Shown here piece by piece: positions 19,386-29,253 of a stretch of DNA of 64,000 nucleotides. Every line of letters begins with the position of its first letter. The first letter of the stretch is position 1. The notes under the pieces were generated by a model, which was not told the DNA's origin, ran no database searches, and saw only the letters and a list, made by a program, of their open reading frames with translations. Both the position numbers and the translations under genes were made by a program. The stretch is from Candidatus Latescibacterota bacterium (GTDB taxonomy: Bacteria > Latescibacterota > UBA2968). The stretch is from positions 1,152,001-1,216,000 of the forward strand of contig OZ241986.1 of the NCBI GenBank assembly GCA_965204375.1, given 5' to 3'.

Positions 19386-20810
19386 ATGATTCACTTACCC
19401 ATTTTACGCGCGGGGGAACCGTACACGAGCTTGAGCGTTCAGGAAGTGTCGCATATTCAAACTGGCGAGCCACTCGTTCAGGTCAGTCAGGCAAACCGGG
19501 GGCTGGTAGCTAAAGACTTGAATGCAGCGGCGGCGAACAAACACGCGCTCGACAGGCTGAGTGTATCCGAACTCGTGGGCATAACCCGCGAAGCCGCGCG
19601 CTTATTTGCAGAAGCCGATTTGCCCATTGGCGATCATATCCAGACGCCCGATGATTATGTCAAACAGGTGTCTGGCACAACGGGTATGCCCGAAGCGCTC
19701 TGCCGCGCGAATATGGAAAAAATTCAGCTCGTATGCACGGAGATCGAAGCTGTTTTAGGAGGTCTCACGCGCGGGTTAGATCTCGCTGTGCTCGATGAGG
19801 GCTGGCACGATCAGGATGGTCGTTCTCTCAGCTATATTTGCCAGGCCGATGCCCTCGGGGCTATATTGCCGAGCAATTCACCGGGGGTGCACGCGCTGTG
19901 GGTTCCAGCCATACCACTCAAGGTACCACTCGTTCTAAAACCCGGACGCGAAGAGCCCTGGACGCCTTTCCGAATTGCACAGGCGTTTATAGAAGCGGGG
20001 TGCCCGCCAGAAGCGTTTGGGTTTTATCCCACAGATCACGGTGGTGCCACTGAAATTTTGCTTCGCTGCGGTCGCTCTATGCTCTTTGGGGGCGGGGCGA
20101 CGGTCGCGCCTTGGCTGAGCGATCCCCGCGTGGAAATTCACGGGCCTGGGCAGAGTAAGGTCATTATTGGCGAAGATGTGATAGACCGCTGGGAAGACTA
20201 TCTCGACATCGCGGTTGCTTCAATTACTGCAAATGGCGGTCGCTCCTGTATCAACGCGTCGGGGGTGTGGGTTCCCGCGCATGGTCGAGAAATTGCCGAA
20301 GCACTCGCAGAGCGATTGGCAAAAGTTGTCGGGAGACCTCTTGATGATCCAGAAGCGCAGATCGCGGCATTTACCAACCCCGCATTCGCCGATCAAATTT
20401 CGCTGGCTATAGATATCAACCTGAAAACGCCAGGGGCCGAAGAACTGACCGAGAAATTGCGCGGTGATCGGCTGGTCGAGATCGATGGGTTGAAATTCTT
20501 AAATCCCACAGTTGTCTGGTGTGACGATTTTGAACATCCTCTTGCAAATACCGAATATTTGTTCCCATACGCGAGCGTAGTCGAGGTTTCTCAGTCGGAA
20601 ATTTTGGACAAGATTGGACCAAGCCTTGTGGTGACAGCCATAACAGAAGACCGTGTATTTATCGATAAATTGCTCAATTCTCCCCATGTAGAAAGACTGA
20701 ATGTGGGTGCGATTCCCACGCATCAGATATCATGGGATCAACCACACGAGGGCAACTTGTTCGAGCACCTGTACCGGCAGCGCGCGCTGCAATGGGCGAA
20801 ACAGGCTTAG
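19386..20810 (+). CDS. ALDH-superfamily protein, GriD/EhpG-like acyl-AMP/thioester reductase
   Basis: LPSNSPG, VLKPG, catalytic Cys in NGGRSCINAS, EYLFP. HGPG stands where the canonical ELGG would be. Confidence 0.75.
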   Translation: MIHLPILRAGEPYTSLSVQEVSHIQTGEPLVQVSQANRGLVAKDLNAAAANKHALDRLSVSELVGITREAARLFAEADLPIGDHIQTPDDYVKQVSGTTGMPEALCRANMEKIQLVCTEIEAVLGGLTRGLDLAVLDEGWHDQDGRSLSYICQADALGAILPSNSPGVHALWVPAIPLKVPLVLKPGREEPWTPFRIAQAFIEAGCPPEAFGFYPTDHGGATEILLRCGRSMLFGGGATVAPWLSDPRVEIHGPGQSKVIIGEDVIDRWEDYLDIAVASITANGGRSCINASGVWVPAHGREIAEALAERLAKVVGRPLDDPEAQIAAFTNPAFADQISLAIDINLKTPGAEELTEKLRGDRLVEIDGLKFLNPTVVWCDDFEHPLANTEYLFPYASVVEVSQSEILDKIGPSLVVTAITEDRVFIDKLLNSPHVERLNVGAIPTHQISWDQPHEGNLFEHLYRQRALQWAKQA

Positions 20811-20813
20811 GAG

Positions 20814-21929
20814 ATGAAAGCATTTGATTTTTGTCCTACTACGCGCGTGGTGTTTGGGGAGGGCACACTCGCGCAATTGGGGAAATTATCAGAAACATTG
20901 GGCGGTAGCCGTATTCTTTTTGTGACCGATCCAGGGATTGTAAGTGCCGGGCTTGCAGACCGTGCGATTGCGGTGCTTCAACGCGCTTCCCTGGATTTTT
21001 TTGTGTTTGATAGAGTGGGCGAAAATCCTACGACCACGCATTTAGAGGCCGGTGTTGCGTTTGCAAAAGCGCGTGGAAATATTGATCTGATCGTCGGTAT
21101 GGGCGGGGGTAGCGCGATGGATTGTGCCAAGGGGATCAATTTTATCCTGACCAACGGCGGCCAGATGGCAGATTATTGGGGTATGGGCCATGCGGCAAAA
21201 CCCATGTTGCCTTCTATCGGGATTCCAACGACTGCGGGCACAGGGAGCGAAGCGCAGTCCTACGCGCTTATTTCCGATGCAAAAACGCATGTCAAGATGG
21301 CCTGCGGCGATCTGAAAGCGCGATTCCGAAGTGTTATTCTCGATCCGTCACTGGTTGAAAGTGCGCCGAAAGATGTCGCAGCAGCAGCGGGTATAGATGC
21401 CATCGCACATGCCATTGAGAGTTATGTTTGCACACGCCGCAATGCTATTTCTATGATGTTTGCGCAAAAGGCGTGGGAATTGCTTTCATCGAGTTTTGAA
21501 AGCGTGCTGAAGGATGCTTCCGATAGCGAGGCGAGGAGCAAAATGCTTTTGGGCGCGCACTTCGCTGGCGCGGCTATTGAGAATGCCATGTTGGGGGCAG
21601 CCCATGCGTGTGCCAATCCATTGACCGCGCATTTTGGTATTGTACATGGCGTTGCTGTGGCACTTTTGCTGCCCGCTGTCGTCCAATTTAATGGCGAAAC
21701 CGAAAGTACGCGTTATCGCGGACTCGGAGTTGATGTTGATGAACTCGTCGAGAAGGTCGTTTTTTTGAAAGAATGTGCGAATCTGCCTTCTCGATTGCGC
21801 GACCTCGGCGTAGCGCGTGACAGGCTCCCAATACTGGCAAAAGATGCAACCGAACAATGGACGGGTACTTTTAATCCGAGACCCGTGGATGAAGATGATT
21901 TTCTCGCCCTTTACGAATCTGTGTATTGA
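20814..21929 (+). CDS. Iron-containing alcohol dehydrogenase
   Basis: FGEG, GGGSAMDCAK, PTTAGTGSE, DAIAHAIESY, HGVA. Confidence 0.9.
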   Translation: MKAFDFCPTTRVVFGEGTLAQLGKLSETLGGSRILFVTDPGIVSAGLADRAIAVLQRASLDFFVFDRVGENPTTTHLEAGVAFAKARGNIDLIVGMGGGSAMDCAKGINFILTNGGQMADYWGMGHAAKPMLPSIGIPTTAGTGSEAQSYALISDAKTHVKMACGDLKARFRSVILDPSLVESAPKDVAAAAGIDAIAHAIESYVCTRRNAISMMFAQKAWELLSSSFESVLKDASDSEARSKMLLGAHFAGAAIENAMLGAAHACANPLTAHFGIVHGVAVALLLPAVVQFNGETESTRYRGLGVDVDELVEKVVFLKECANLPSRLRDLGVARDRLPILAKDATEQWTGTFNPRPVDEDDFLALYESVY

Positions 21930-22033
21930 TCCGCAGATGACGCAGATGGGCGCAGATGAAAGGCTTTTATGCACATACATGATGAAACAGGTAACAATGT
22001 AACCCTCTGTGTTCATCTGTGTTTATCTGTGGT
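21927..22033. repeat. Inverted pair of CRCAGAT ~9-nt repeat arrays
   Basis: tgatccgcagatgacgcagatgggcgcagatg (21927-21958) faces ctctgtgttcatctgtgtttatctgtgg (~22005-22032). Confidence 0.65.
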
Positions 22034-23114
22034 TGCTTTTTTTAGTTTATTTTTAATTCCCATCCATGCAGAAGAATGGAGCCGATTCCGCGGGGATGCA
22101 CAATCTACGGGTGTTGCAAATAGTAGCCTGCCGGCTGAACTGGATGTGTTGTGGACGGCACAGATCGAAATAGGGATTGAATCCACCGCCGCAATTTGGC
22201 AAGACGTGGTGTATGTGGGCGGGTTGGATGAAAAGCTATACGCTTTTGATTTTGATAGTGGTGCGATCAAGTGGACCTATTCGGCTACGGGTGAGATCAA
22301 ATCGTCGCCATTGGTTTTTGAAAAAACCGTGTATTTCGGCGATGGCAATGGCGTTTTTCACGCTGTTGATGCCCAGACAGGTAACGCACTTTGGACGTTT
22401 CAAACGGATGGGGAGATTATCTCGTCGGCAAATGCAACCGGGGGCCGCGTCCTGTTTGGGTCTTATGATCAGTTCTTATACTGCCTCGCGCCGGACGACG
22501 GGTCTTTGTTGTGGAAAATAGAAACGGATGGTTATGTTCACGGTATGCCGGCTATCGCACAAGCGCATACGCTGATCGCGGGGTGTGATGGTCTCTTGCG
22601 CGTTATCGATATTGCCAGTGGAAAAGAACAATCGCAAATTGAACTCGGTGCTTATGTGGGAGCCAGTGCAGCCGTTCATCAGACGCGCGCTTATGTGGGG
22701 ACTTATGAGAGCCAGGTTTTGTGCATTGATTTAAATGCAAAAGAGATTGCCTGGAGATACGAACACCCACAGCGGAAATTTCCCTATGTTGCATCGCCAT
22801 CCACGACCCGCGAGCGGGTTATTGTTGCGGGGCGCGATAAGATGGTTCACGCGCTTGATCCCGATACGGGGGATGTTTTGTGGACCTACACATCTCGCTC
22901 TCGATTTGAAGCGTCTCCCGTTGTGGTGGGCGATCGCGTTTTTGCAGGTACAATGGATGGAAAAATTGTGGCATTAAATCTCGATACGGGTGAATCCGAG
23001 TGGGAATTTGTAACCGGGTCGGGATTTGTCGCCTCGCCGAGTGTGGCGCGCAAGCGGCTGATTATTGGCACAACAGATGGTACGTTATATTGTTTTGGAA
23101 AGGCGGAAGAATGA
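21969..23114 (+). CDS. Exported PQQ-like beta-propeller protein (start uncertain)
   Basis: EWSRFRGD followed by about eight regular 'DxxTGxxxWxF…SSP' repeats. Confidence 0.85.
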   Translation: MHIHDETGNNVTLCVHLCLSVVAFFSLFLIPIHAEEWSRFRGDAQSTGVANSSLPAELDVLWTAQIEIGIESTAAIWQDVVYVGGLDEKLYAFDFDSGAIKWTYSATGEIKSSPLVFEKTVYFGDGNGVFHAVDAQTGNALWTFQTDGEIISSANATGGRVLFGSYDQFLYCLAPDDGSLLWKIETDGYVHGMPAIAQAHTLIAGCDGLLRVIDIASGKEQSQIELGAYVGASAAVHQTRAYVGTYESQVLCIDLNAKEIAWRYEHPQRKFPYVASPSTTRERVIVAGRDKMVHALDPDTGDVLWTYTSRSRFEASPVVVGDRVFAGTMDGKIVALNLDTGESEWEFVTGSGFVASPSVARKRLIIGTTDGTLYCFGKAEE

Positions 23115-24457
23115 GCGAGCAAATTCAGATTCCAGAGCCAGCGACAACCCGCAAAGTGTGGAAGGAGACAGATGTTGGTAGCGTGTTTGTCTCCAATTAT
23201 CCGCCTTACTCTTTCTGGCGCGATGAAAATACAGCGCGGATTGAAGAGATGTTGCACACATCTGATTCGGGAGAGAGAGAAGTACCACTGGGCCTTTACA
23301 TGCATATTCCATTTTGCCGAAAACGGTGTAAGTTCTGTTATTTTCGGGTTTATACAGATCGCAATAGCACGGAAATTCAGACGTATTTAGATGCTCTGGC
23401 AAAAGAAGTGGAAACTTATAGCACGTTGCCGCGTATTGCAGGTCGAAAATTGAACTTTGTTTATTTTGGTGGTGGTACGCCGTCTTATATTGGTGTCAAA
23501 CACTTGAAGGTATTGGTTGACCGGGTCAAGGCTGTGATGCCCTGGGACGATGCGGAAGAGGTGGCATTTGAATGCGAACCGGGTACGCTGTCAAAATCCA
23601 AAGTTGAGGCTGTTCGGGAAATTGGCGTCACGCGCTTGAGCCTGGGTTTGGAGAACTTAAATGACGATATTTTGCGGGAGAATGGTCGCGCACACGTCAG
23701 CAAAGAAATTTACAGGGCTATGCCCTGGGTCAAGGCGCAGGAATTTGCACAGGTCAATGTGGATTTAATCTCCGGTATGGTGGGGGAATCGTGGGAGACG
23801 TGGCGAGATACAGTGCAGGGCACCATTGATCTCGATGCGGATAGCGTTACTATTTATCAGATGGAGTTGCCGTTTAATACGACGTATTCAAAGGCGATAC
23901 GCGATGGGGGAGGTTTACAGGTCGCAGATTGGGAAACCAAGCGCGCATGGCACAATTATGCGATTGAAGAGTTTGCCAAAGCGGGCTATGAAACATCGAG
24001 TGCTTATACGCTGGTCAAAAAAGGGCGCTTGAACAAATTTGTCTATCGAGATGCCCTGTGGCGTAGCGCGGATCTCGTCGGTACGGGTGTGGCTTCTTTT
24101 TCTCATGTGGGCGGCATGCATTTTCAAAATCAGACGCACTGGGATCCCTATATCGAAACCGTTGAGAAAGGCCAACTTCCGATCAATCGATCTTTTGTGC
24201 CGACAAAAGAAGAGCGGCTGATCAGAGAGATGATTTTGCAACTCAAGCTGGGGCGGATTGAGACAGCGTATTTTCAGGATAAATTTGGTGTCAATATTTT
24301 GCAGCAATTTGGTGATGCCTATCAGAAGCTCAGGGAATACGAGATGCTGGATTTCGATTCGCAGAGTATCACTCTGAGCCGGGAGGGACTTTTGCGCGTC
24401 GATCAGTTGCTGCCCGAATTTTACCACGAAAAATATCGCAATTCGCGTTATACATAA
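23111..24457 (+). CDS. HemN-like radical SAM enzyme (possible class C methyltransferase)
   Basis: HIPFCRKRCKFC (CxxxCxxC), YFGGGTPS, RLSLG, NVDLISG. ATGA overlap with the upstream gene. Confidence 0.85.
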   Translation: MSEQIQIPEPATTRKVWKETDVGSVFVSNYPPYSFWRDENTARIEEMLHTSDSGEREVPLGLYMHIPFCRKRCKFCYFRVYTDRNSTEIQTYLDALAKEVETYSTLPRIAGRKLNFVYFGGGTPSYIGVKHLKVLVDRVKAVMPWDDAEEVAFECEPGTLSKSKVEAVREIGVTRLSLGLENLNDDILRENGRAHVSKEIYRAMPWVKAQEFAQVNVDLISGMVGESWETWRDTVQGTIDLDADSVTIYQMELPFNTTYSKAIRDGGGLQVADWETKRAWHNYAIEEFAKAGYETSSAYTLVKKGRLNKFVYRDALWRSADLVGTGVASFSHVGGMHFQNQTHWDPYIETVEKGQLPINRSFVPTKEERLIREMILQLKLGRIETAYFQDKFGVNILQQFGDAYQKLREYEMLDFDSQSITLSREGLLRVDQLLPEFYHEKYRNSRYT

Positions 24458-24488
24458 GCGCTCAATTTCCACTAACTATGGAGGATAT

Positions 24489-25730
24489 ATGACATACAGG
24501 TATTATTTGTTAATCGCCGTTGTGCTGTGTTTTTCTTCCGCACACGCGGATTGGCCCCAATGGCTGGGTCCCAATCGAACGGGTATTTCTTCTGAAACGG
24601 GGTTGGTGACAACCTGGACAAAAGATGGGCCAACGGTTGTGTGGCAACAAGAACTCGGTGAGGGGTTTTCCGGTATCTCGGTCGCGGATGGCCGGGTCTA
24701 TACGATGTTCTCTGCTGGGGAAGACGAATTTGTCATTTGTCTGAATGAAGAAACAGGCAAGGAAATCTGGCGTTTCAGGACTGGTGCCAAATTTTATGAG
24801 CGTCAAGGTGGGAACGGTCCCCGTTCTCAGCCTACTGTGGATGGCGAGCGGGTTTTTGTGCTGAGTGCCGAAGGCTGGTTGTACGCGCTCAATGCAAAAG
24901 ATGGGAAAAAACTTTGGCTGGTTGATCTTTACGATGGATTGGGCAGTCGCGTGCCAAAATTCGGGTTTTCGACGTCGCCGCTGGTCGAAGGCGATTTGTT
25001 GCTCTTAGAAGTGGGCACACGGCAAGGGACGTTTATCGCTTTGGATAAGACAAATGGCGCTGTCAAGTGGGCGTCTCAACGAGATGTCGTGTCTTATTCA
25101 TCGCCTATTGCTGCAGATATTGCGGGTATTCGCCAGGTGGTTTTTGTTTCGGGCGAAGCCGCGGTTGGGCTTTCTCCCACAGATGGCTCGCTCTACTGGC
25201 GATTTCCCTGGTCCACGTCTTATGATCTGAATGTTGCCACGCCAATTTTAGTGCCCCCAGATCACATATTTATTTCTTCGGGTTATGACCACGGGGCAGC
25301 TCTGTTGCAAATCTCCCCGGAGGGAGATGGTCTGAGCGTTAAAAAGGTGTGGGAAAGCCGCGGTATGAAAAATCATTTTGGCACATCGCTTCTGATCGGC
25401 GACTATATCTATGGTTTTGACAATGCGATCTTGAAATGTATTGAGGCAAAGACCGGCAAGGAACAGTGGAAACGCCGGGGGTATGGCAAAGGGACGCTTA
25501 TTTATGCCGATGGACAGTTGATCATTTTGAGCGATAAAGGTAAGCTCGCATTGGCAGATGCGTCGCCCACAGGTTTTCGTGAAAAGGCCAGCACACAAGT
25601 GCTGTCGGGCAAGTGCTGGACGCCACCAACGCTTGCCAATGGTAAAATTTTTGTGCGCGATATGCACAGGATTGTATGCATGGATGTATCGGGCACGCAG
25701 GCGAAACCTGCGGACACGGAGAGCGAATAA
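24489..25730 (+). CDS. Exported PQQ-like beta-propeller protein
   Basis: Signal peptide ending AHA, DWPQWLGPNRTG, GPRSQPTV, YSSP, WTPP. Confidence 0.85.
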   Translation: MTYRYYLLIAVVLCFSSAHADWPQWLGPNRTGISSETGLVTTWTKDGPTVVWQQELGEGFSGISVADGRVYTMFSAGEDEFVICLNEETGKEIWRFRTGAKFYERQGGNGPRSQPTVDGERVFVLSAEGWLYALNAKDGKKLWLVDLYDGLGSRVPKFGFSTSPLVEGDLLLLEVGTRQGTFIALDKTNGAVKWASQRDVVSYSSPIAADIAGIRQVVFVSGEAAVGLSPTDGSLYWRFPWSTSYDLNVATPILVPPDHIFISSGYDHGAALLQISPEGDGLSVKKVWESRGMKNHFGTSLLIGDYIYGFDNAILKCIEAKTGKEQWKRRGYGKGTLIYADGQLIILSDKGKLALADASPTGFREKASTQVLSGKCWTPPTLANGKIFVRDMHRIVCMDVSGTQAKPADTESE

Positions 25731-25779
25731 TAATCGGAAAAGGCCGGGGGACTGAGATCTGACAATTGGAGAAGTCACT

Positions 25780-27903
25780 ATGCGTTATTTTAGACAGTTT
25801 TTGATTTTTACCTGTATTCTGGGCCTGACGAGTAATTTTATTTTTGCGCAAAATACAGAAGAGGAGAAGAAGGAGGAGGAAGAACTGCCCGTTTATGCGG
25901 GAGAAGAGATCGTGGTGACGGAGAGCAAGGAAAAAGTGCCTACCGTGAGTACTATCGCGATGAAGGTTCCCGTCCCAATCCGTTTGACACCGGCGAGTAT
26001 CGGAGTTGTCAATCACGGGTTGTTTCAACATCAAAGCGGCGTGGTTTTGGGGGATGCACTGCGAAATGTGAGCGGGGTCAATATTCAGACCGTATTTGGC
26101 GTTACGGATTTCTTCGTCATTCGCGGGTTCGATTCGCTTTCCAGCGGGCTGGTGCTCACCGATGGGGCGTCAGAGCCGGAAGCCACGTTTTACAATCTTT
26201 ACAATTTGGATCGCGTGGAGGTACTCAAGGGACCGGGGGCATTTTTGTACGGCGGCAACCCGCTTTCTGGATCGGTGAATCTGAGTCGCAAACAACCGAT
26301 TTTTTCAAATGCTTTCCAGGTCGGAGGGTCTTACGGTCCGTACAATACGGTTCGTGGAACAGTAGATGCAAATTGGGCAGATGTCGATCAGGGTGTTGCC
26401 GTGCGCATCAATGCACTGCGGCAGGTGTCTGATAGTTATAGAGACGATAAAGACAGCGGTTTGTGGGCTGTGAATCCCGCGGCGACATGGCGGCCCAGTG
26501 ACAAAACCACAGTGACTGCCAATTTCGAATATGTCACCAGCAGGTACAAATCAGATGCGGGTATTCCCATTATCAATGGGGTGGTCGCAGATGTGCCGCG
26601 CACGCAATCGTATCAATCGCCTTTTGATGCGTCAGATCAAGATATTTATCGGGCGCGCGTCGATCTTCACTCTCGCTTGTCGAGACAGGTCACGCTTCGC
26701 AATAAGCTCTATTATACCGATTTTTCATGGGTATCTCAGGGTACATTGTTCAGTGGCGTTTTCCCCAATGCTCAGGGTAGCCTGGATATTCTGCGCTCAC
26801 TTGTTCTTTTGGACGACCGTCAGAAAGTGTTGGGCAATCAGTTTGAGTTTTTATCCACATTCCGCACGGGACATGTAGAACACACGCTGCTTACCGGGTT
26901 GGAATTGATGCAGTGGAAAGACAAATTTACCTTAGATGTGGCGGCTTTGCCCAATATCGACGTTTTCAATCCCATGGAAACCGCGAGCCAGCCGTTTTTT
27001 ATTATTCCGGGGCAATCGCAGGGGGCGGATTCAAAAAGCCGCGTTGTCGCGCCTTATGTCGTGGATCGCATTGTCTTTTGTCCCTGCTATGAGGCATTTG
27101 TAGGTGTGCGATATGACCGCATCGATTACGATGATCCCGTGACTTCTACTTCTCGCAATTACAACAAACTGAGTCCTATGGCCGGCATGGTGGTTTCATT
27201 TAAGGATGTTCTCTCGTTGTACGCCAATGTGGGTAAAGCATTTGCGCCTCCTTCGAGCCTGGTCGCAGGTCCGCGAGAGACCGAAGAGAGTTTTCAGATG
27301 GAAGTGGGCGCGAAAAAATTCCTGTTGGATGACCGCCTGCACGCGAGTCTCGCTGTTTATCATTTGGCAAAAGACAACATCGGAATTCCCGATGCGACGG
27401 GTGTCACACAGCAAGATGGAGATCAACGGTCTCGCGGTGTCGAGTTTGAGATGATGGTGCGCCCCGTGAGAAATTGGCACACGTTTTTATCCTACTCATT
27501 TTCCAATGCCACACTCACGCGCTTTGCCGAGTTTGTTCCCGTGTTCACGCAAACGGGTATTACATACCAGCTTATGGATCGTTCGGGAAATAGGGCGGCT
27601 TTTTCGCCGCGCCATATTTTCAATGTGTGGACGGCGAGAGGATTTGACAATGGGTTGGAATTTGGGATTGGCGCGCGCTATGTCACCAACCAGTTTATTG
27701 CTGCAGATAATCAATTTCAGATTGGGGATGTGATGACGCTGGATGCATCCGCGTCTTATACGTACAAGCAGATGAAATTTCGCATCAATGCTAAAAATTT
27801 GACCAATCAGGAATACGAAACGCAGGGTAGCCTTGGCGCCCCTACCTCAGTTATTCCGGCCAATCCATTTGGCCTGTACTGTGCTTTTGAAGTTAATATT
27901 TGA
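25780..27903 (+). CDS. TonB-dependent outer-membrane receptor
   Basis: Signal peptide, TonB-box-like EEIVVT, plug motifs IRGF and RVEVLKGPGAFLYG, SRGVEFE, C-terminal KNLTNQEY. Confidence 0.9.
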   Translation: MRYFRQFLIFTCILGLTSNFIFAQNTEEEKKEEEELPVYAGEEIVVTESKEKVPTVSTIAMKVPVPIRLTPASIGVVNHGLFQHQSGVVLGDALRNVSGVNIQTVFGVTDFFVIRGFDSLSSGLVLTDGASEPEATFYNLYNLDRVEVLKGPGAFLYGGNPLSGSVNLSRKQPIFSNAFQVGGSYGPYNTVRGTVDANWADVDQGVAVRINALRQVSDSYRDDKDSGLWAVNPAATWRPSDKTTVTANFEYVTSRYKSDAGIPIINGVVADVPRTQSYQSPFDASDQDIYRARVDLHSRLSRQVTLRNKLYYTDFSWVSQGTLFSGVFPNAQGSLDILRSLVLLDDRQKVLGNQFEFLSTFRTGHVEHTLLTGLELMQWKDKFTLDVAALPNIDVFNPMETASQPFFIIPGQSQGADSKSRVVAPYVVDRIVFCPCYEAFVGVRYDRIDYDDPVTSTSRNYNKLSPMAGMVVSFKDVLSLYANVGKAFAPPSSLVAGPRETEESFQMEVGAKKFLLDDRLHASLAVYHLAKDNIGIPDATGVTQQDGDQRSRGVEFEMMVRPVRNWHTFLSYSFSNATLTRFAEFVPVFTQTGITYQLMDRSGNRAAFSPRHIFNVWTARGFDNGLEFGIGARYVTNQFIAADNQFQIGDVMTLDASASYTYKQMKFRINAKNLTNQEYETQGSLGAPTSVIPANPFGLYCAFEVNI

Positions 27904-27906
27904 ACT

Positions 27907-29175
27907 ATGCCTGACTTGACTACAGACCGAAACGCGCTCTGGCAACGGCAGTTAAAGCGGTTGCGAGGTATGCTGTCTCCAGTGCTGGATGGCAATGATT
28001 TTTATCGCAATAAGTTGAATCGGGCGGGTATTTATCGACCCGAGGATATTCAGACGCGCGATGATTACAGGCTGTTGCCCTTCACGACTAAAGAGGAATT
28101 ATCGGCTGATCAGATGGCGTATCCCCCTTATGGCAGCAATGTGACTTTTCCGCCAGATCACTATATCCGCGTCCATCAAACATCGGGGACTACGGGAGAG
28201 CCTTTGAACTGGTTGGATACGGTAGAGAGTTGGGATTGGTTTGCGCGTTGCTGGACTTATGTGTATCGCGGGGCGGGCGTGACGGCAAATGACAGATTGT
28301 TTTTTGCCTTTTCTTTTGGTCCTTTTATTGGATTCTGGAGCGGGCATGAAGGTGCGCGTTTAATGGGGACAATGGCCATCCCCGGGGGGGCCATGTCCTC
28401 AATTCAGCGTTTGCAAGCGATTCGGGATCATGAGGCTACTGTTCTTGTCTGTACGCCGACGTATGCCCTGCATCTGGCAGAGGTGGCTGAGGCAGAAGGT
28501 ATAGATATTGCAAACGGAAGTGTTCAGACCACGATTCACGCGGGCGAACCCGGTGCGGGATTACCTGCGACCAGACAGCGCATTGAACAGGCATGGGGAG
28601 CGCGTTGTTATGATCACGCTGGGGCGACTGAGGTAGGTGCGTGGGGATTTGAATGTGCTTTTCGAGATGGCATGCATATCAACGAAGCCGAATTTATTTC
28701 TGAAGTGATCGATCCCGATACGGGCGAACAAGCGAGAGAGGGAGAGTTGGTACTCACCAATTTGGGACGCGCTGGCATGCCCGTTATTCGCTATCGCACG
28801 GGAGATCGCGTAAAGCTGAATACAGAAATTTATGATTACGGTTCGAGTTTCTCGCGTCTTGAAGGAGGCGTGATTGGACGTATCGACGATGCGTTGATTG
28901 TCCGCGGCGTCAATTTTTATCCCAGCGCGATTGAAAATATCGTGCGAGAATTTCCCGAAGTGACCGAGTTTGCGGTGGATATTTATCGGCAAGGCGAAAT
29001 GGATGATATGCAAATTCGCATCGAGTTAAATGGCGGGGAGTCGGGTCCGATTTCCAATGCCATAGCCAGAGAAGTGCGACATATTCTGGGCATACGCGCT
29101 GGCGTTCAAACCGTGCCACACAATACTTTGCCGCGATTTGAGTTGAAAGCGAGACGGTTTATGGATCACCGTTAA
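27907..29175 (+). CDS. Phenylacetate-CoA ligase (PaaK)-family acyl-CoA synthetase
   Basis: LPFTTKEEL, QTSGTTG, AGEPG, DHAGATE, IRYRTGD, GRIDD, RGVNFYPS. Confidence 0.85.
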   Translation: MPDLTTDRNALWQRQLKRLRGMLSPVLDGNDFYRNKLNRAGIYRPEDIQTRDDYRLLPFTTKEELSADQMAYPPYGSNVTFPPDHYIRVHQTSGTTGEPLNWLDTVESWDWFARCWTYVYRGAGVTANDRLFFAFSFGPFIGFWSGHEGARLMGTMAIPGGAMSSIQRLQAIRDHEATVLVCTPTYALHLAEVAEAEGIDIANGSVQTTIHAGEPGAGLPATRQRIEQAWGARCYDHAGATEVGAWGFECAFRDGMHINEAEFISEVIDPDTGEQAREGELVLTNLGRAGMPVIRYRTGDRVKLNTEIYDYGSSFSRLEGGVIGRIDDALIVRGVNFYPSAIENIVREFPEVTEFAVDIYRQGEMDDMQIRIELNGGESGPISNAIAREVRHILGIRAGVQTVPHNTLPRFELKARRFMDHR

Positions 29176-29253
29176 AAATCAGCTATAGATAAAAGGAGTA
29201 CATCTGCCTTCATAACACAGGTAGATCAGTTTAAAAAGAAAGGAGATAGCGAT

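Noticed and set aside
16897-20810. Phenazine biosynthesis or lux bioluminescence operon
   Set aside because: No phzA-G or luxAB/luxD in the window; motifs fit EhpF/GriC better than LuxE.
27907-29175. Phenylacetate catabolism (paa) operon
   Set aside because: No paaABCDE, paaZ or paaG nearby; only family-level similarity.
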